Source of the DNA: a virus
Direction: 5' to 3' (one strand)
Virus record (IMG/VR): IMGVR_UViG_3300020733_000010
Location: 32,001-96,000 of that record
Length of the DNA stretch: 64,000 bases
Below the pieces are notes generated by a model. That model ran no database searches and was not told the origin of the DNA. It saw only the letters and a program-made list of their open reading frames with translations. Made by a program: the position numbers and the translations under genes. This document shows, piece after piece, positions 37,701 to 51,908 of this stretch. How positions within the stretch are numbered: position 1 is the first letter of the stretch; each line of letters begins with the position of its first letter.

Positions 37701-40700
37701 TAACTTCGTCAATATACCCTTCTAAGAACTGAATGTTATCAGTTTGGTAGTTAGGGTATTGAATCAATTGACGAACAGTATAATCTACGTCAACTAAACT
37801 AGTTTTAGTCAACCATGGAATATAGTTACCATTATTTGCTGCTTCACTTTGAATGTATTCAAACAACAATATCAAACCTTGATTGCGATATGTTAATAAC
37901 TCACCAATAAAGATTTGCTCATTGATAGCACGTAAAACATAGAATGTTTCAACACTTGGATATGCATCAAATGCAATATTATCAAAGAATGTATCACCGT
38001 ATCCAACTTGTGCAGTAGGGTAATCATACAATAGACTTGAGAACTGTATTGTTCCATTTTCTACACCAATACGAGTCCATATATTTGAAGTCATTGAGTA
38101 TTGATATACTTCACGAAGACCTACACCGTTTTTAGTTACACCCACAATCAATCCATCTTTTAATTTAGTGATTGCAAGTAAATCAGTATGTGTAGGAACT
38201 TCATATGCAGTTTTTGTTGTGTTATCAAATCCTGTTGCCCACCAGTAAGTGTAACTCCAGTAATTTGTTGTGTTTCCTACAGACAAGAATGAAAGTGTGT
38301 CATATTCAGTGATAGGATATTGTGCAACAATTGAATTTACGAATTCAATGTAATTTTTCAACGCGGATAATCTATCAATAAACATGCTTTGTCTTGGGCG
38401 AACACTTGTACCAAACTGTGCTATTTTAGGTAGCGATGGATCAGGAACTGTGTTACCGTAAACGTCAGCACCGCACAAACTATCTAAAAGTTTACTGTAT
38501 AATCCATCAGGATCTGTGTACCCTTTAACTGCGTCAGGGAAACCAGTCAAGAAATCTTCATCATATCCATCACGTATGAGTTTAAATGATTGATGTGGTA
38601 CTGTTTCTGCACTACCGCTACTAAATGATAGATATAAGTTGCTGTTAGTACTATTGATATAACTACTTGAATTATACAATCCAAAAACACTAGAACTTAA
38701 TCCTGCAAAGTATGAAACACCTGAACTTTGCGGGTCATTAATATATTGTTCTAATGTAGAATCAGTTAGTCTCTTACCTTGTTCACTGAACAAAGTACTA
38801 GTGTTTCTCACCCAAAAATAATATCTAGGAACAAGAACTTCATTTGCATCAACACCATACACAATGCTGAATTTACCAAAGTCATATGGTGTTCCTGGTC
38901 CTGAATAGAATGCCGGTAGAACATCACTCTCAGCCCATGAGTAAACCGCAACATTACTTCCTGGGAAAACTTTACCCCAATATCTGCTGTTGTAGATTAA
39001 ATCTGTGTGGTGATAGTAAAGGAAACGAACATTAGAAATGTCGAACCAAAGTTTTCCAACCATTGATTCGCCCCAATAACCACTTCCGTTACTTATATTA
39101 GGGATATTGTATCCTGCAGGATCAACGCTTGTGATGTAGTCTAAGTTTTCTCTAACCACACCCATTATCTTACCTTGTAGAGGATCAAAGTAGTCTAATG
39201 GAGCTAGATCAGAATTGGTGATGTTATCATATATTTGAACTTTTTCAATCTTGTTGATGTCAACAATATCACCGGCATGTCTATAAACACTCCAGTCTTG
39301 CGTGTTAGATGTTGAATTTTCAAAGATATACGCAGTACCAGCAGTTGTTGATGGTTTATAGTTAGGTGCACCAACAATGACTTTTGAAGTATTGAAGTCT
39401 AACGCCATACCATAACCTGGACTTGATCCATAATTCAAATCATTGTCACTCAATGCTTGTGCAAAGATATATTGACCCATTTGACCAGCGCTTGATAATG
39501 TCTCGTTATAACTTGGCAAATAGTCAAACATATAAACACTGCCTGCTTCAAGTAATGAATCTTCAAACACTGTAAAGTTATTATCAAACACAGTATTATT
39601 GTGACTGTTATCACCGGTATAATCAAACAATGTTCCCAACATACGATCATTTGCAGGAGCACTTACTACCAATGATGTATACTCATTGTGAGCCATTGCA
39701 AGACCAAATTGTGAACGTTGTTGTGGGTACGGTGACTTGATAATTTGTGTCTTGGTATATAACTCTAATCCCAAGTATGTTAATAAGTTAGGAGTAAATG
39801 TTACAATATCAAGTTTGTCATTAATTGTGCCCAATTCATTTTTCAACAATCTAATAACTAAACGACCGTCATTGGTCACATATGCTAAAACGTTAGGAAC
39901 ATTTGTATTATTAATACTATTTGCAATAGCATAAACATCACCTGCCGGAATAGGTACTTGATATCCGTTCAATAGTACATATGTATCACTTTGAGTTGAT
40001 GTGTCGGCTCCAATGACACCGGTCAATGTTCCAAACTTTTTACCTTCACAAGTAAAGCGATATACGGTTCCTTCATTAGTATGATCCAATGAATCAAATG
40101 GTGCTGAAACAAAGAACTCACTTCCTGAGTTGTTTGACACAATACTATATCCAAATTGTGAACCAGCAATAACTTGGCTTGAACCACCTACATCATAAGC
40201 AGAATATTCAACTGCAAGTCTAAAGTTTACTGAACTTAATTTAACAATGTCACCTGCCTTTAATGTCAATGCTCTACTGTTCAAGAATATCATCTTGTTT
40301 GCAATTATTTCATAATGGTTAGTTGCAATTTCAACATCATTGATGTATACCTTGCTTCCAGGATATACTGTGCCACTATCTGCTGTATAAACAGTGACTG
40401 GGTCAAATGCATAATAGAAGTTTGCAAATAGACCCGGTACTGCATCATATTGCATTGAAATATTTTCAACTACTCTATCATATACAAACATAGTACCAGT
40501 ACTTTGAATTGTATGTGACTCATCAACAACATAATTGTATGTTGGTGCACCTACAAACAATCTACTACCATCATAATTTGTTGCCAAACTATAACCAAAG
40601 CTCATTGATGGACCTGATTGTGCTAGTCCACTCATTTGTATCCAGTTAGGGACATAAGCAGCATCAACTATTTCATATGTAAAGTTAAAATTAGTATATG

Positions 40701-43700
40701 CAGCATAGACTTCTGATCCAGATGTGTATGAGGCTGTAATTGGTTCAACAGTATAGAATGTAGTGTTTGTACCATCATATGAACTTGTTATAACTGTGTA
40801 AACAGTTTGATAGGGTGTGTTGTTAAACGCAACTCTTGTTCCTGAAGCAATCGAATCAACATGGTCTCCTAATGCAATAAATTGTTTTTGTCCAACAGTT
40901 GTTGCACTTGCTAATTGAATACCTTGATCCATGTATACAAAATCAGGTTCTTTGACGTATGGTATTATTAAACCGTAGTATATTAGGTTCGTGTATAAGA
41001 AGTTGTTGTCACCTGAAATTGCCATCGCTTGACCCAAATGACTTTGACCACCTGTACTGGTTGCTGCCGGGTCATCATCAGGTGTGTCCGAGACAAGTAT
41101 AACTTGTTCTTCAACTAATACTTTTGAGCCATTCAAATCAGCAATACGGTAAATATAAACCTTACCATTGTATGTGCCATTGTCACTTATTACAACAAAA
41201 TCATCACTATGAACAATTGTATATCCAAATTGTGAAGTATTAGTAAATGTGTGACTGTGACCAACACTGTCTGTTATAGTTTCAGGTGCATCAGTTGTTG
41301 GATGTATAATGGTCTGTGTTATCGCAAAAGCGCCAGGACTAATTTCTGTTTGTACATAAATTTTACCTGCGTTTGGATCACCAATAATATATCCTAATCC
41401 ATCAATATACGCAACACTTTTACCAAAGTTGCCATTAGCAGCTCCCGGTATCAATTTAGTGTATGCAGCTTTTTGATAGTTTAATTCCTTTTTGTATGTG
41501 ACCCAGTTTCCATTTTGATCTTGATCTACCCATACTGTGTCGGGTACATAACTGTTGTTCAATAAAGGTAGATACGGAATTGCGTTTGCTTTATCAACAC
41601 GGTGTGATTGCATCTTACACAATATACCATTACCTAAAATAGAAGTTACACTTGACGCTAATGCTGAACCTACAATAACTGTGGTTGTGTCAGGGATACT
41701 ATTGATTGTATAAAAACCATCAATTCTGCTATCAAAATTGATAATACTGATTGCATCAGTTTTAGACAAGTTATGGTCTCCACTGAACTTCAACGCAATA
41801 GTACCATTCAAATTATTAATGACAACGGTCAGTGTAACATTCGCTGAGATAGGTGTATACACTTGCCATTGATTATTTTGATTTGCTACCCAAATATAAT
41901 CATTCTTATAGATAGCATTAGGGTTTGTTGTTGCATTTAAGTTAGCTACAGTGTAACCTAACGAGTACATGTCATTCAAATGAACATATCCTGCACTTGG
42001 TAAACTTTCTAATGAGTCAGATGCCAACACTGGCAATACGTTTGGACTAGTGATAGAACGACTATAGTTTGCTAAGTTAGTTAACGGAACTGCTTGCTGA
42101 ATACTTGCGTCTTGTGTACTTTGTACCAATCCAACAATACTAGGATTACCACTTAGTTTAGTCTCATCAAGAGTGACCTCAACAAAGTTTTTGTTTAGAA
42201 TACCACCAAACTCACTATTCTTAATTCCCCAGTTTTCATAAATGTTGTATGCAACAATATTTTTTTGTAGTGTTGCACCATTCAACATATCAGCACCTAG
42301 GGCAGTACCTTTGGTGGTTAGCATGTTTTTATAAACATTTACCTGTGTATCATCATCTAAACTTGCACTTGCTAAATAGTCTCTTGGTCTATAGCCAATA
42401 ACACTAAAGCCCAACAAGTCTCCATCACTTTCTAAGTTGGCTTGATGTACATCTCCATACTTAAGAGCTTCTGCGGATTTTGTACTTGGGTTGGCTAGTA
42501 GTCCTTTGTGAATCTTGTTATATGGATTTTGTATCCAAAGTGATGCATCAAACGTAGGTGATGGTAAGATAGTTTGAACATTTGCAAGATAATAATTGTT
42601 CTTGTATTTGACCATGTCACCTTTAGTATAACGTTGATTAGATTGCCATTCAGTTACATTGTCTTGGTTAATCATGAAGCCAGGAGCATTCATTGTACCA
42701 TCCCAATTAGCAGTCTTTGTTCCCTTAACAATCAATCGTTGTTGGCGTAATCCTGTAATAGGATTAAAGATAGTATCATTAAAAATTGTAGTATTATCAA
42801 AAATTACCACATGCTCAATGTTGCTGATATTTCCAGTAAAGAATGCAACAGTATCACCGGCATTCAATGGTTTGGCACTGAACAATGAACCTTTACGGTA
42901 AATTGCTAAATCTTTTGTTTGGATAGCTATCAAATTTTGATTCAGAATATAGTTCTGTTGTTTGTTTGTTAGTGGTTGAACTACAAAATTTGGTTTGTTA
43001 ATAGTGATAATATTAGCGCATGGGTTAACGTTAACCGTGCTACCCACTTCCCAATCTGACTGTGTCCAATATAGTAACTCAGCAAGCATCTGATTCCAGT
43101 TTAGTTCTAAACTGTTTTCGATATCAGTGAATTGCATACCTTGATTAATTAAATATTGACCATAACCCTTAATAAACTGACTTAGTGTTTCAATCGAATC
43201 AAATTCAGTTGCGTAGGGGGTGACAATGATACTGTCAGTAAAGTCTTTACTAACAGCTAGTGTCTCGTTATTAACTGTGATATTATCATAGTTACCGTTA
43301 AACTTGGGAACTAAACTTAAAAAATATGCCTTAGTTTGACTATTGCCAAATACTTTATATCCAGCTTGAGATTTTTGAACAATGATAGAACTATACGTAA
43401 TTGTATCTTTAGGTTGGTTAGTGTGTAATTTAATCTTGTAACTATCGTCGGGTATCAATAATGAGTTACTAGTACTGTTTGGGCTTGCTTTTTCTGCATA
43501 GAATCGTAATTGATTTTGGTCACTAAATCCAGCAAGGCGATATGTTAATCTAACATCAACACCTAAGAAAATATTCTTAACAACTGCACTAGCATCAATA
43601 CCTTTTTGGAATTCAAAATCAATGATCCAATTCATTAAACTATGTTGTGCTGAATTTTCACTTGCACCATATAAATTTATGTTACTCAATGATCCTCTAA

Positions 43701-46700
43701 ATCTATTATAAACCAAATATTGATTAAACTCAGTGTTGTAGCGATAAACATCAAGGTCAATACCCATAGTAAAGAACATTGCAGGACGAGTCAAAGCGAA
43801 CAGACGCATCAAGTCAAATGCCCATGTGCTACTCTTACGATATGCATACTCAGCAGGTCCAACATCACCATAGTTCCATACATTATTGAATGTGGTTCTG
43901 TCATAATTTGCAACAACTGTTTCAAAAGGACTTAATAATTTACCTTGATTATCTACTGGAAGAATATCAAGTAATCCTGGACGGACACGTTTTGTGTTGA
44001 TGTAAGGATTACCATCATTGTAAACATAACCATTACTGATATCTGTCCACAATACTGTGTTGTCGCTTGTATATGGTGCTGCACCGTAACGACTATCCCA
44101 CCAAGTTGGTTTATCAGCAAAGCCTAACATTTCCCATGGACGTGTGTCTGGATTCGCAGTGTCATAGTACCATAGATAGATACCACGCCAGTTACCTTGT
44201 AAAAACTTTGTATCATCTAGTTTATTTGTGCAACTACTATAATTCCATGTATATTCATTTGTACTACTGTAGTTTTGACTTACGTAATTGATACGATTCA
44301 ACCCAACCCAGTTCAAGAATTGAATACTATACATTTGCATAATTTGATCTTGTGTATAGTCTGTTGTTCTAAATGCACCCGGCATAATATCATCAAACTC
44401 TAGTGGAATCTTAGCGTTGACTTTAATGTTATTATAGACACGTGTTTCAAATTCAAACAACGCACGATCACGGAAATCTTGTAGATATCCATCAATGTAA
44501 TCGCCGTATAATTTACTGTATGATCCATCATGTCCTTTAATAAAGTATGTTGGATTTTGATATGTTGTATCATATACAACTTCTGGTTTAAACTTTGGAT
44601 ATAGTCCAACTTTACTTGGTGTGTTTGGTACAAAGTTACCATAAGTTTGATAATATTCTTTGACAGTTATAGTATCATTAGTTTGTAAAGGTGTTGTTAT
44701 TGTTAAACTTGCAGTTGTATCTGAGATTTCATAATCAACACCGAGGATCATTTGTATTGTTTTTGGATTATTATTTACAGTTCTTGTAACGTATACCAAT
44801 ACACTGTTGTAGTTTGCGTTGTTGAAATCATAGATTTTTGATAAAGGAAACAATGATTTGTCGATTCCAATTTTAAAGTTATATGATTTGGTTACGCTTG
44901 CATTCTTGCAAGGCAACATGTCGCTCCAAAAGAAAGGAGTTCCATTGCTCTTAACACTTGTAATGATATCCATTGCGGTATCAAGTATATCTGCGTCTGA
45001 TTGCAGTATATCAAAGTCATTGTCATGTACCGTGTTAATCAATAATGCCTTAAATTTTTCGTATTCGATTGCATTAAAACGCAATGAATCAAATAGGTTT
45101 GTATCTTGTTGGCGTAAAAATCCAGCAACAGCGGCAAGCGTTGAACTGTTCTGGATTATCTTTGTTCCATAAGGAACTCTATTGCCTAAATCTCTAAAGT
45201 TATTTGGACCAAACGCAATGCCTGATAACTCAGGGGTATTGTTACAAATACTCTTATAATGACTTCTAATATCTCCTAAGTTAATAGTAGTTATTTCACT
45301 ATTGAATGGGTTCTGATCCAAATTAGATGGAATTTCATAGTATCCAGTTTTACTTACTTGGTCACTATAAATCATAACAGTGACTGGAATGTTTGGCGTA
45401 ATTTGATTTGAACTAAATGTAATTGTTGTAGAATTACTAGAAACTACGTATGTGTATTGGCTACTATCAAGTCTTGCATTATCTAAGTAAACAACAAGTG
45501 ACGGCCATTGTGTATCCATTTTGGCTGCAATATCAAATGTATATGACAACTCACCTAAGCTAGTTGAAGGTGTGAAAATTTGATATTGGAAGCTTTCTTC
45601 AGTAGCAGTTTGCCAACCAATTTCTCTTACATAGTTTGTTCTATCACTGTAGTTATACACGTACCCTACATTAACTGCCTGATTTGTTGCAGCATTGTTG
45701 TATACAAAATTAAAGGTGTCAGTGTTGATACTAACGCTAAAATTAATATCACCTATGTTGTTTACTGAACTATATGAGATTGGAAATCCTAATACAGAAT
45801 CATCAACTCCTGTACCAGGTGTATATTCAAACAATGAACAACCAGTAAAGTCGCTTGCATTATAATAGTCGGTGTTTCCAAAACTGATACCATTTGAGTC
45901 AAACAAATCAAACTTTGGTGCTTGATTAATTTCAGTTTTTGACTGTCCTAAATTCCAATTAGAGCCGTCAAAGTATATAGTAGATCCAGTATATTGTGAA
46001 CCTTTCATTACTACAGTTTGTTCGTCAAACACGCTATCACCATCGTCTGCTTTACTCAACGAAATGAATGGTGTAGTTATAGTAGAAGTAGTTATGAACT
46101 TGACAACATAAATTGTCTTACGTACATTAACATCATTGTCGCCAGCAAAAATAACTCTTGCACCATCAAACAATGAACTTGCATCTCCGTCAGGAGCAAA
46201 ACTAGTTTGACCCGCAACTTGATTGAATGCATCTGTTACCGTAAAGTTTACGTAATCAACTGGGCGTTTGCTTTGAGTGCCTGATTTAAATAATCTTAAG
46301 TTTGGATAGAACTCAATGATAGGACGTTTTGCTCTACTATTGATATCTGCTAATGCTGCACTTGAGATTGGACTAGAAACTGTATTTGCAATAGTTGTCT
46401 TCAACACATCAATGTGGAACCAACGATTGCTACGACTCCAACTGTTTCTGTTGATGGCGTTTCTATTGATAGTCAAATAGTCAGGATATAATGGAACGTT
46501 AGTTGAATCATTATATTGCTGTGTGTCAAAGGCAGTTTCATCAAATGTGTTATTATAACTTTGACCATATGTTTCAGGAACTGTCAATTCAGTTGTAGGT
46601 ATTAAGTTGATACTTGTACCAACACCTTCAACATAATAAGTACCTTGAATAAATTTTTCAGGGTACACATCGCCAATAAATTGAACTTTCAATCCATTGG

Positions 46701-48012
46701 TAAATTTAATTCCTCCAACAGTTGTAGTATACTCTTTTTTACTCAAAATTTCTTTTTCAACATCAATGCTAAACTGATTTGTTTGGTCAACAATTTTTAT
46801 CTTACCAACTTTGTATGGGTCAGATCCGTCTTGATAATATAGTGTATCTAAGTTTGCAGTTGGTAATGGAATCAAAATGATTTCACCAACTGAATTTTTA
46901 ACAAAGTTTCTACCAGCAAATCCTGTACCATACTTGATGGTAATTTTTTGATTATCAGGAATAACGCCAGCTTCAGTTAATGTAATAATTGGATCTGCAG
47001 GATTATCTCGGTTATCAATATATGTAATGGTATAGTAATGGTTGTTGATTACAGTAGCTTGTGATGATTCATATACATCATTGCTTGTTGTATCAAACAA
47101 CTGTGACATATATCCAACTTCTCCGGGAGCTGTTCCATAAAACAATAGTGTTTTTCCATTGTACGCTGCAAATCCATCTATGCCACCTATCTCACTCAAC
47201 AGTTTACCTTCAATTTCAGTAAACATTTTTGTTGTTACTAAATCAATCTGAATATTTCCTGGGTAGTTGAATGCATCTTGTGCGTCTGATAATGGAACAT
47301 TAAAAGTAATAATGCCGTCGTTGGTTCCGTTATTATCTAAACCATAAATTTCTCTAGTGCTATGGTTTTTGTTGTTTAGATCGTATCCACTTAAACCCTC
47401 TTGTGTTTGGATATAGAAGTTGGTATTTTGATTAACATTGAATGTGTAAACACCACCACGAACAAGTGTGATGGTGGGGTTATTACCCGGAATATTAATT
47501 CTGTCCGCAGTAAGTTGATAACTTGTTGCACCAGAAATAACAGTATAATCCAAATGTTTGTATGGAGTTTCAGTTGTAACTAGTACTGGTTCTGGCCCTG
47601 TAGGTAACCAGTAATATTGTGTATAGTTGATAAGTTTATCTAAGTCAGCGTAGCTATCCCAACTATAGAACTGATTTTTAAACAATGATGTATTGTTATC
47701 AGGGATACCACCTTGAGAATACAACGCATCAATGATTTCGTTGTATGACATCAAATCATTAATTTCATGTGTAGATGGATCAGTGAACACAACTGTAGGT
47801 TCAAGTTGATAATTGTTTCTGTTGTCAAAAATTTCAGGCACATACTTATCGCCTGCATTAACGCCGTAACCAAATTTACTTCCAATATAACCTTGTATCT
47901 TTTGATAATCAGGTTGTTGAATTAATTGATCCAACGTTGCAGACAAGAACTGATCGTTTGAGTTTGTCTGAAAAATCTCTGGAAGAAAATCAATTGTGCG
48001 AATTGTTGCCAT
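31774..48012 (-). CDS. giant (5412 aa) baseplate wedge/fibre virion protein
   Basis: Uninterrupted ORF right after gp6-like; FG-GAP-like FGxS...VGAP repeats and BNR-like W.S.DG.W propeller segments. Confidence 0.75.
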   Translation of the reverse strand: MATIRTIDFLPEIFQTNSNDQFLSATLDQLIQQPDYQKIQGYIGSKFGYGVNAGDKYVPEIFDNRNNYQLEPTVVFTDPSTHEINDLMSYNEIIDALYSQGGIPDNNTSLFKNQFYSWDSYADLDKLINYTQYYWLPTGPEPVLVTTETPYKHLDYTVISGATSYQLTADRINIPGNNPTITLVRGGVYTFNVNQNTNFYIQTQEGLSGYDLNNKNHSTREIYGLDNNGTNDGIITFNVPLSDAQDAFNYPGNIQIDLVTTKMFTEIEGKLLSEIGGIDGFAAYNGKTLLFYGTAPGEVGYMSQLFDTTSNDVYESSQATVINNHYYTITYIDNRDNPADPIITLTEAGVIPDNQKITIKYGTGFAGRNFVKNSVGEIILIPLPTANLDTLYYQDGSDPYKVGKIKIVDQTNQFSIDVEKEILSKKEYTTTVGGIKFTNGLKVQFIGDVYPEKFIQGTYYVEGVGTSINLIPTTELTVPETYGQSYNNTFDETAFDTQQYNDSTNVPLYPDYLTINRNAINRNSWSRSNRWFHIDVLKTTIANTVSSPISSAALADINSRAKRPIIEFYPNLRLFKSGTQSKRPVDYVNFTVTDAFNQVAGQTSFAPDGDASSLFDGARVIFAGDNDVNVRKTIYVVKFITTSTITTPFISLSKADDGDSVFDEQTVVMKGSQYTGSTIYFDGSNWNLGQSKTEINQAPKFDLFDSNGISFGNTDYYNASDFTGCSLFEYTPGTGVDDSVLGFPISYSSVNNIGDINFSVSINTDTFNFVYNNAATNQAVNVGYVYNYSDRTNYVREIGWQTATEESFQYQIFTPSTSLGELSYTFDIAAKMDTQWPSLVVYLDNARLDSSQYTYVVSSNSTTITFSSNQITPNIPVTVMIYSDQVSKTGYYEIPSNLDQNPFNSEITTINLGDIRSHYKSICNNTPELSGIAFGPNNFRDLGNRVPYGTKIIQNSSTLAAVAGFLRQQDTNLFDSLRFNAIEYEKFKALLINTVHDNDFDILQSDADILDTAMDIITSVKSNGTPFFWSDMLPCKNASVTKSYNFKIGIDKSLFPLSKIYDFNNANYNSVLVYVTRTVNNNPKTIQMILGVDYEISDTTASLTITTPLQTNDTITVKEYYQTYGNFVPNTPSKVGLYPKFKPEVVYDTTYQNPTYFIKGHDGSYSKLYGDYIDGYLQDFRDRALFEFETRVYNNIKVNAKIPLEFDDIMPGAFRTTDYTQDQIMQMYSIQFLNWVGLNRINYVSQNYSSTNEYTWNYSSCTNKLDDTKFLQGNWRGIYLWYYDTANPDTRPWEMLGFADKPTWWDSRYGAAPYTSDNTVLWTDISNGYVYNDGNPYINTKRVRPGLLDILPVDNQGKLLSPFETVVANYDRTTFNNVWNYGDVGPAEYAYRKSSTWAFDLMRLFALTRPAMFFTMGIDLDVYRYNTEFNQYLVYNRFRGSLSNINLYGASENSAQHSLMNWIIDFEFQKGIDASAVVKNIFLGVDVRLTYRLAGFSDQNQLRFYAEKASPNSTSNSLLIPDDSYKIKLHTNQPKDTITYSSIIVQKSQAGYKVFGNSQTKAYFLSLVPKFNGNYDNITVNNETLAVSKDFTDSIIVTPYATEFDSIETLSQFIKGYGQYLINQGMQFTDIENSLELNWNQMLAELLYWTQSDWEVGSTVNVNPCANIITINKPNFVVQPLTNKQQNYILNQNLIAIQTKDLAIYRKGSLFSAKPLNAGDTVAFFTGNISNIEHVVIFDNTTIFNDTIFNPITGLRQQRLIVKGTKTANWDGTMNAPGFMINQDNVTEWQSNQRYTKGDMVKYKNNYYLANVQTILPSPTFDASLWIQNPYNKIHKGLLANPSTKSAEALKYGDVHQANLESDGDLLGFSVIGYRPRDYLASASLDDDTQVNVYKNMLTTKGTALGADMLNGATLQKNIVAYNIYENWGIKNSEFGGILNKNFVEVTLDETKLSGNPSIVGLVQSTQDASIQQAVPLTNLANYSRSITSPNVLPVLASDSLESLPSAGYVHLNDMYSLGYTVANLNATTNPNAIYKNDYIWVANQNNQWQVYTPISANVTLTVVINNLNGTIALKFSGDHNLSKTDAISIINFDSRIDGFYTINSIPDTTTVIVGSALASSVTSILGNGILCKMQSHRVDKANAIPYLPLLNNSYVPDTVWVDQDQNGNWVTYKKELNYQKAAYTKLIPGAANGNFGKSVAYIDGLGYIIGDPNAGKIYVQTEISPGAFAITQTIIHPTTDAPETITDSVGHSHTFTNTSQFGYTIVHSDDFVVISDNGTYNGKVYIYRIADLNGSKVLVEEQVILVSDTPDDDPAATSTGGQSHLGQAMAISGDNNFLYTNLIYYGLIIPYVKEPDFVYMDQGIQLASATTVGQKQFIALGDHVDSIASGTRVAFNNTPYQTVYTVITSSYDGTNTTFYTVEPITASYTSGSEVYAAYTNFNFTYEIVDAAYVPNWIQMSGLAQSGPSMSFGYSLATNYDGSRLFVGAPTYNYVVDESHTIQSTGTMFVYDRVVENISMQYDAVPGLFANFYYAFDPVTVYTADSGTVYPGSKVYINDVEIATNHYEIIANKMIFLNSRALTLKAGDIVKLSSVNFRLAVEYSAYDVGGSSQVIAGSQFGYSIVSNNSGSEFFVSAPFDSLDHTNEGTVYRFTCEGKKFGTLTGVIGADTSTQSDTYVLLNGYQVPIPAGDVYAIANSINNTNVPNVLAYVTNDGRLVIRLLKNELGTINDKLDIVTFTPNLLTYLGLELYTKTQIIKSPYPQQRSQFGLAMAHNEYTSLVVSAPANDRMLGTLFDYTGDNSHNNTVFDNNFTVFEDSLLEAGSVYMFDYLPSYNETLSSAGQMGQYIFAQALSDNDLNYGSSPGYGMALDFNTSKVIVGAPNYKPSTTAGTAYIFENSTSNTQDWSVYRHAGDIVDINKIEKVQIYDNITNSDLAPLDYFDPLQGKIMGVVRENLDYITSVDPAGYNIPNISNGSGYWGESMVGKLWFDISNVRFLYYHHTDLIYNSRYWGKVFPGSNVAVYSWAESDVLPAFYSGPGTPYDFGKFSIVYGVDANEVLVPRYYFWVRNTSTLFSEQGKRLTDSTLEQYINDPQSSGVSYFAGLSSSVFGLYNSSSYINSTNSNLYLSFSSGSAETVPHQSFKLIRDGYDEDFLTGFPDAVKGYTDPDGLYSKLLDSLCGADVYGNTVPDPSLPKIAQFGTSVRPRQSMFIDRLSALKNYIEFVNSIVAQYPITEYDTLSFLSVGNTTNYWSYTYWWATGFDNTTKTAYEVPTHTDLLAITKLKDGLIVGVTKNGVGLREVYQYSMTSNIWTRIGVENGTIQFSSLLYDYPTAQVGYGDTFFDNIAFDAYPSVETFYVLRAINEQIFIGELLTYRNQGLILLFEYIQSEAANNGNYIPWLTKTSLVDVDYTVRQLIQYPNYQTDNIQFLEGYIDEVKPYRAVIKSFNQRYTGIDVEGAAVSDFDLPAKYNTSLYKYTTPELVYQNADETSTFLPTDSVWNDSSYVDWYSNYGLTISTEPFVNVCTTVSYLSRVSTFVFVDNAFGLPTIGVMLIDQELVGYTAVNRQTGEVSGLSRALYNTVQTEHFAGSNVYMDIPGVTIIYGGKYYQDIPKVKAYIDTTKYPAPTREAILTATLGSDNVIAINVIDSGEGYVTAPEIIVDPSLVLTVTDAQIDYFSNTFFVYSQALNTGDVIKFANLGNNIVVPDGFYYVHIVTNVGLTDTTGSLIRLHKVYHESISGLHPLTLLSNGVPSSYTISVTVRAEVSMINSRVRGLTTTLRFDRTSYNSLVQPWQPNTYYSSVFSDTKNASSAIDSLSEAILYEVTQHSTSGSGQNAKFLIAYQVTNGQYNIVIETQGSGYKVNDTITILGSQLGQDITTDPTYNMTITVTAVSTTYYRLNRDTQTGTGTGAFFDITTDGSVYTAIIAPGSAGTGYQVGDIITYNGVNLGGIASTNDATITVTAVSGIGAITTFNINGTPALTAGIHTVSFTAVEPTPIVISRNGLEIPITGAVNYNDNAVVTLDYGTTGIKPGQIQGRKAYFYRVLDPYVYDDTGTKHFAGYIVGTTLYVTSVTNGTLAINDGVHGIGVASGTKITGLGTGTGGTGTYTINNTQTVATSSSPIALNNAGGAKIEVYYPRFDIQRLSNQYSIKIVDPGTIYSDGSSIVIDGSLLGSFSGVNDLTINIERADSNGGVYLYNLQGVAIKSYDEYYMSVIENDSVLLYTDPEFNIPLLYSQLAYNGQYGTDYFFIPEPFTSEIIYRHNLTSYVSYQNQVWKCTSSNNDATFDINKWQFVFSDDRALNALDRIVAYYAPTTSMPAKDLYQLVDGITYPHDTYYGNSFAPDEQIPIDYIVKDPQFFPRDANITSIVYNGYNYFAVGNGETNAVIWISSDGMNWTSHVISEILLNITDISYSPSLAQYTITTRNTGSPIYISFDGVSWNTVGSQIKFDDIGFDRIEYDDSSISIENLIQLNATATNGADIYVVGKKIYYANDGITFNSVFDFGSRLDNELFGIAYINSNHFIGYIAVGVGYEVTGGAGTAAPTITKFGRIVINNSGTWNKLVPNITSHTLYCVTNSNSTIIVAGENASIYYSLNGSNWGTGQITSGSTTETIRSAAYGLSTYVLVGDNGIILTSLDGVSYTVMSTGVPTHNIKGDVTQYNFTKVYFDGTYFYVTGDYGLVMRSRNATQWTIVSNQQYAEPNFVVQGSDFLYGYGPEEMVAGLISDNLSMKVKTSPGSYWDMYVDNAGAWDLAPSVSHFYYGHTGFLMQSMVGKLDNSLSINFDNLTATPAQISVYIIDDTTKLATRIYENVTTANSTISYSVNWVTKVVTLSISISKTQSVMIEAYEVGDGRQLIRNSNELLPLQIDPASGNSCFIFDFKYQEIVTDNATGRENIVVYINGEKQVYQTDYYIDFTEDNSMKLVFNTVYDNATTYITFAILTTSITAENNTEFFYSIPETQVFTGSGPYTLSGYVGGANPNNMIVERNGLRLVPGVDYSLSGQRLTIGFATADDLIAVTTFNSTSRQWLSTTYSVTVGVWGITYVDNTVTPVKVKFDRTTSFSNGNELRFNGLNGSIEMNNSLYYVKVSGTDSSIVYLYHDSTFNTPVQGNSISTYLGGGFGWLDSNSLVISSPSVPSTMPSIVYQDGNRTWVTVNGKRLDPSLLVFNAGNKLSILTDIQYDDVVVVTAMVTGASPRESSFILTVDKQNMGEVYRTNPGDGTWLVQDLVATDNTIYLNNVSNVISTLVQTIPVVSSNGTLLAYVQCNPKDVKYLTVYDVSRQVELDSGSYSFEIIDGQPAVVFLDSVDLGNQVTITLGTGDIILIGSERVKFSSVDLVNNTISGLIRGVQGTPVVDHAQYEIVYGINITKKVPDVYYNQVWNTNVFSASYGDPLQISDSPVSLFLSDQNY

Positions 48013-48025
48013 TATTTTACCTATC

Positions 48026-51000
48026 TTAACCTATTTGCAATTGTGCTGCTGTCAATGCTGTGATGACTGAAATATCTGATGCTTGTGCTGCGTTAACAAA
48101 AATCTCGTATGGTGCTGAACGAATCTCGTACAAGTCACCAAACTTCAATGTTGTATCATTTGGAACTAGTACTACTGAGCTTACTAAATCACCTAATACT
48201 GAATGCAAGTATGCACTTAGTTCACTGAAATAGAATGTGTCTCCAAAGTTCCAGTTATCAATTGCAAAGTAATTGTTCATTTCTGCCAATACATTAGAAA
48301 TGATTTCACTATCACTTGCGGTAGTTGTACTTGTTTTAATAACTTTGATTGTTGCACGTAACAATGGATCAGCTTTCTGTCCAAACAAAGGTTTGAACTG
48401 TACTGTATTTAATATCACATTATCAGTCAACATCTTATAATCATTAATCTTATTGTATGCAGTTGCTAAATCATTGATACTTGGTGCTGCTGGTTTACTT
48501 ACAGTACCCGTCGTATCTTTGATCCAGTTTTGATAACTTGTATAATAGCTTTGTGTGACCAAATACATATCAATGATGTTACTTGTTCCTGGATCAATAC
48601 GTGTTGTATTGTCGCTGATATGTTTATATTGGAAGAACAAACCTTGTCGACCAATTTTTACACTATATCCAGAAACAGAACCAACGTCAACAATATGTGG
48701 TTTGATAGGATCATTGTATGAATAGTAGAACAAGTTTTCACGATATGCATAGAACACGGTTCCTACTACAAATTCATTTTTGATTGTGTTGATTTCACTC
48801 AAACTACCATATTGATAAATGATATCATTGCTTGATACCATTGTATATCGTGTTAAATTGTTTGCATCAATAATTTGTTGGAAGAAAACAAATGCATAGT
48901 TGTTATAGACACCCAATTGATATCCAGTTACAACCGTAAAGAAGTCTGGGTCTTTGTAAGAGCCCGGAACAGTTAAGTCACCTATTGCAACTTCAATTGC
49001 ATAATCATCAACATACCCATCACTCTCAGTTGTTTGTCCTACAACGTTCAACGTAACATCTTCATACATTGGATAGTTACCATATGGTTGATTATTTGTT
49101 TTTAGTATCTTTATATGGTCTTGTAGCGTCTTACCGCTCAATGGATCATAGATAACTTTATCACGGTCAAATGTGAAACGAACATTATTAACGCTACCAA
49201 AATAGTATGCAGTTGATTTATATGTAATAGTATAAGTTCCGTTACCATTGCTTTGAAACTTAGCAAAATAATATGGGTCACTAAATGTTGAAATACTCCA
49301 GCGATTTGGATCATTAGCTAGTTTGCTATTATCATAGAACAAGCTAAAGTTTTGTTGCAACACAACCAAATTAACAATTTCTTGTATCAATGTTGATGAC
49401 AATTCATTAGTAAATGATGGGATCACTGCATTCAAAAATGCTCCCTGTGGCACTGCATTTGTTAATGTGACTGGTCCCAAACCATTGTCTAAGTTTCCGT
49501 AACCACTGTTGTACCCGTCTCCTACAACACTATCAACACTTGTCCAAATACTAATCTTATTGACTTGTGTAGGTAATCCTGCAACCAGTTGGTTATGTTC
49601 ATTGAAGTAAAATCCAGACGGAGCAGTAAAGTTTAGTAATGCACCTGGTGTGATATACTTTACGCTTCCGCTAGCGTTGACACCAACTTGTACGGGTAAT
49701 CCATTGATTGCTGAATACAAGTATCCTGTACTATTTAAGTTATTGAATGTAGTTTGGTGCCATAAAATTATTCCATCACCGCTTTCATTATCAACTAGAT
49801 AACGATTATAGTTTGATGAATAGTATTGAAATACCCTGTTTCCACCTAAAACATCTGCAAACGGACCTGTTAAGAAGTTAATGATTGTATTAACTGTGTT
49901 TGCGTTAAACGTTAAGAACCCATCATTGTAATCTTCAAATAATCCACCATCATCAGTAATGTCAGTAACACTTGAGTAATTTGCACTAGGATCAGTTAAA
50001 TCATAGTTACGACTAACACCTACACTAGTTCTATTAATGGCTTTACTTTTAATAATAGAACTATACAATGTGTATGGGAAATTGTTGTAGTCTTCTCCAT
50101 TCACCATTCTATTTTGAGAGTAGAAAGTTTTTGGTGCTCTTTCTTTAATATTTTGCAATGATTCACGTGCTTGTGCATTCGTGATTGGAAGTGGTAAATC
50201 TAGTGTCAATGACAATGTTTCAGTACGACCTGTTCTGCTTACATACGGTATAGAAATTATCACGTTTTGCATTTCAACTGGGTCAATGCTATATGTTAAT
50301 GCATTGCCTGCACGTAGATATGCCACATAGTTTCCAACAGGAATATCAGCAAATACACCGTCACCAAACGTGTAACTTACTTGGTCATTGAATCCGCTCA
50401 CAACAGAAAACAATTTCTTGTTTCCATTGATATTTTGTAGGTTGGCATTAGAATATAAATTCTCTACTTGATTCCATTGAAGGAAAGTTCCACTACTAGC
50501 TACTTCATAAAGCCATGTATCATCATTATTGATACCCTGAATATTGACATCAATGATGTTGTTACTAATTTGTTGAGAAATAGTGAATGGATAAGTTTGT
50601 AATGATCCTTGTTTAAAATACAAGAAGAATCCAGTATTTGGGCTACCGTATCCTAACTGGTCATTACGATAAACCATGTTAAATTGATTGTTTGGTCCTG
50701 GAGGAATTTCATACAGTGATTCGCTATTGACGCTAGTTACACTGACACATTCAAAATTCATAGATGTTCCGTTAACCACACTACTGAAGGGGTAAACAAG
50801 TGCAGCACTGGGAGGAACACTTATTCCATATTCGTCGGTTTTGACATTTAAAATAGATTGGCTGTGACCGGGTTTACCAACACGTTGGGTATCCACTAAG
50901 CAAGCATTGATAACACTGTTAAATTGTTCTTGCCAATTAGGGTTAGCAGTATCATTCCACAAAATAACTGCATTACTTAAATTAATACCATTGATATCTC

Positions 51001-51388
51001 TTACTTGCTCAGTTGTTTGTACGCTAGTAATCTTTAAAAAACCTTGACCAGCAAAATTTCTTTTTGGGTTATAGTTAACTAAGTTAGCTAGTTTGATAAC
51101 ACTATCTCTACGTTCAGCAGTGTCGATAAAGTTCTCACGCGCATTTAAGTCGCTACGGAAAGCGAGTGCTTGTCCCATAAACGCAATAATATCTAACAAA
51201 GCGATGTATTCGCTAGATTCAGTATAGTCATTAAAGGTTTCAGGGTAGTAAGTGCGTAGGTAATCTACGAAAATCTTGCGTAGTGTTTCATAGTCATAGC
51301 TTTGTAGGTCGGCTTGACTGTAGGTTTGATAGATTGATTTCCAATCGTTAACCCCAAATATATTAGATTGTCTTGAACTTGTAGCCAT
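48026..51388 (-). CDS. gp6: baseplate wedge subunit, T4 gp6-like
   Basis: YDYETLR...[18 protein letters not shown]...[13 protein letters not shown]; [23 protein letters not shown]. Confidence 0.8.
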   Translation of the reverse strand: MATSSRQSNIFGVNDWKSIYQTYSQADLQSYDYETLRKIFVDYLRTYYPETFNDYTESSEYIALLDIIAFMGQALAFRSDLNARENFIDTAERRDSVIKLANLVNYNPKRNFAGQGFLKITSVQTTEQVRDINGINLSNAVILWNDTANPNWQEQFNSVINACLVDTQRVGKPGHSQSILNVKTDEYGISVPPSAALVYPFSSVVNGTSMNFECVSVTSVNSESLYEIPPGPNNQFNMVYRNDQLGYGSPNTGFFLYFKQGSLQTYPFTISQQISNNIIDVNIQGINNDDTWLYEVASSGTFLQWNQVENLYSNANLQNINGNKKLFSVVSGFNDQVSYTFGDGVFADIPVGNYVAYLRAGNALTYSIDPVEMQNVIISIPYVSRTGRTETLSLTLDLPLPITNAQARESLQNIKERAPKTFYSQNRMVNGEDYNNFPYTLYSSIIKSKAINRTSVGVSRNYDLTDPSANYSSVTDITDDGGLFEDYNDGFLTFNANTVNTIINFLTGPFADVLGGNRVFQYYSSNYNRYLVDNESGDGIILWHQTTFNNLNSTGYLYSAINGLPVQVGVNASGSVKYITPGALLNFTAPSGFYFNEHNQLVAGLPTQVNKISIWTSVDSVVGDGYNSGYGNLDNGLGPVTLTNAVPQGAFLNAVIPSFTNELSSTLIQEIVNLVVLQQNFSLFYDNSKLANDPNRWSISTFSDPYYFAKFQSNGNGTYTITYKSTAYYFGSVNNVRFTFDRDKVIYDPLSGKTLQDHIKILKTNNQPYGNYPMYEDVTLNVVGQTTESDGYVDDYAIEVAIGDLTVPGSYKDPDFFTVVTGYQLGVYNNYAFVFFQQIIDANNLTRYTMVSSNDIIYQYGSLSEINTIKNEFVVGTVFYAYRENLFYYSYNDPIKPHIVDVGSVSGYSVKIGRQGLFFQYKHISDNTTRIDPGTSNIIDMYLVTQSYYTSYQNWIKDTTGTVSKPAAPSINDLATAYNKINDYKMLTDNVILNTVQFKPLFGQKADPLLRATIKVIKTSTTTASDSEIISNVLAEMNNYFAIDNWNFGDTFYFSELSAYLHSVLGDLVSSVVLVPNDTTLKFGDLYEIRSAPYEIFVNAAQASDISVITALTAAQLQIG

Positions 51389-51432
51389 ACGTAGTCTCTT
51401 TTATGTATTTATCATAAAGAAATATGGCGTTT

Positions 51433-51882
51433 TTAGACTCCCAGTGCCTTGTTTGTTGATTGGTCAAAGAACACTGACAATGATTGTACATCATTGAATG
51501 GTGCAATAGAGAACTCAGCCTCTAATTGAATTCCTGAGTTATATGGAGTACAGTTTATAACCCCTAATGAGATTCTTGGGTCTTGATTACCCACTCGTCT
51601 TACTTCATTTTCAAGTAGTGTTTGAACGTCGGTTGTGTTAGGTTCAAATACAAAGTCCCATAATGTAGTTCCATAATCAGGGCGACCTGGTTTCTGACCT
51701 AGAGGAATGTTCAACGCATTTAAAAAATCACGTATCACTAAGTCTGTATCGGTCATGGTAAACTTTTTAGCATTAGTGATTTGATTATTAAAAGTTCCAC
51801 CACCCCCAGCGACACCACGGGTCACGTTATTTTTACGTACCTGATCTACGTTTATTGTGCTGAATCCAATGAATGTTGCCAT
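51433..51882 (-). CDS. gp25: baseplate wedge / sheath initiator, gp25-like
   Basis: DLVIRDFLNALNIPLGQKPGRPDYGT.LWD.VFEP...DPRI. Confidence 0.85.
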   Translation of the reverse strand: MATFIGFSTINVDQVRKNNVTRGVAGGGGTFNNQITNAKKFTMTDTDLVIRDFLNALNIPLGQKPGRPDYGTTLWDFVFEPNTTDVQTLLENEVRRVGNQDPRISLGVINCTPYNSGIQLEAEFSIAPFNDVQSLSVFFDQSTNKALGV

Positions 51883-51908
51883 GACTTTATCCTATAGAAT
51901 ATTTATTC

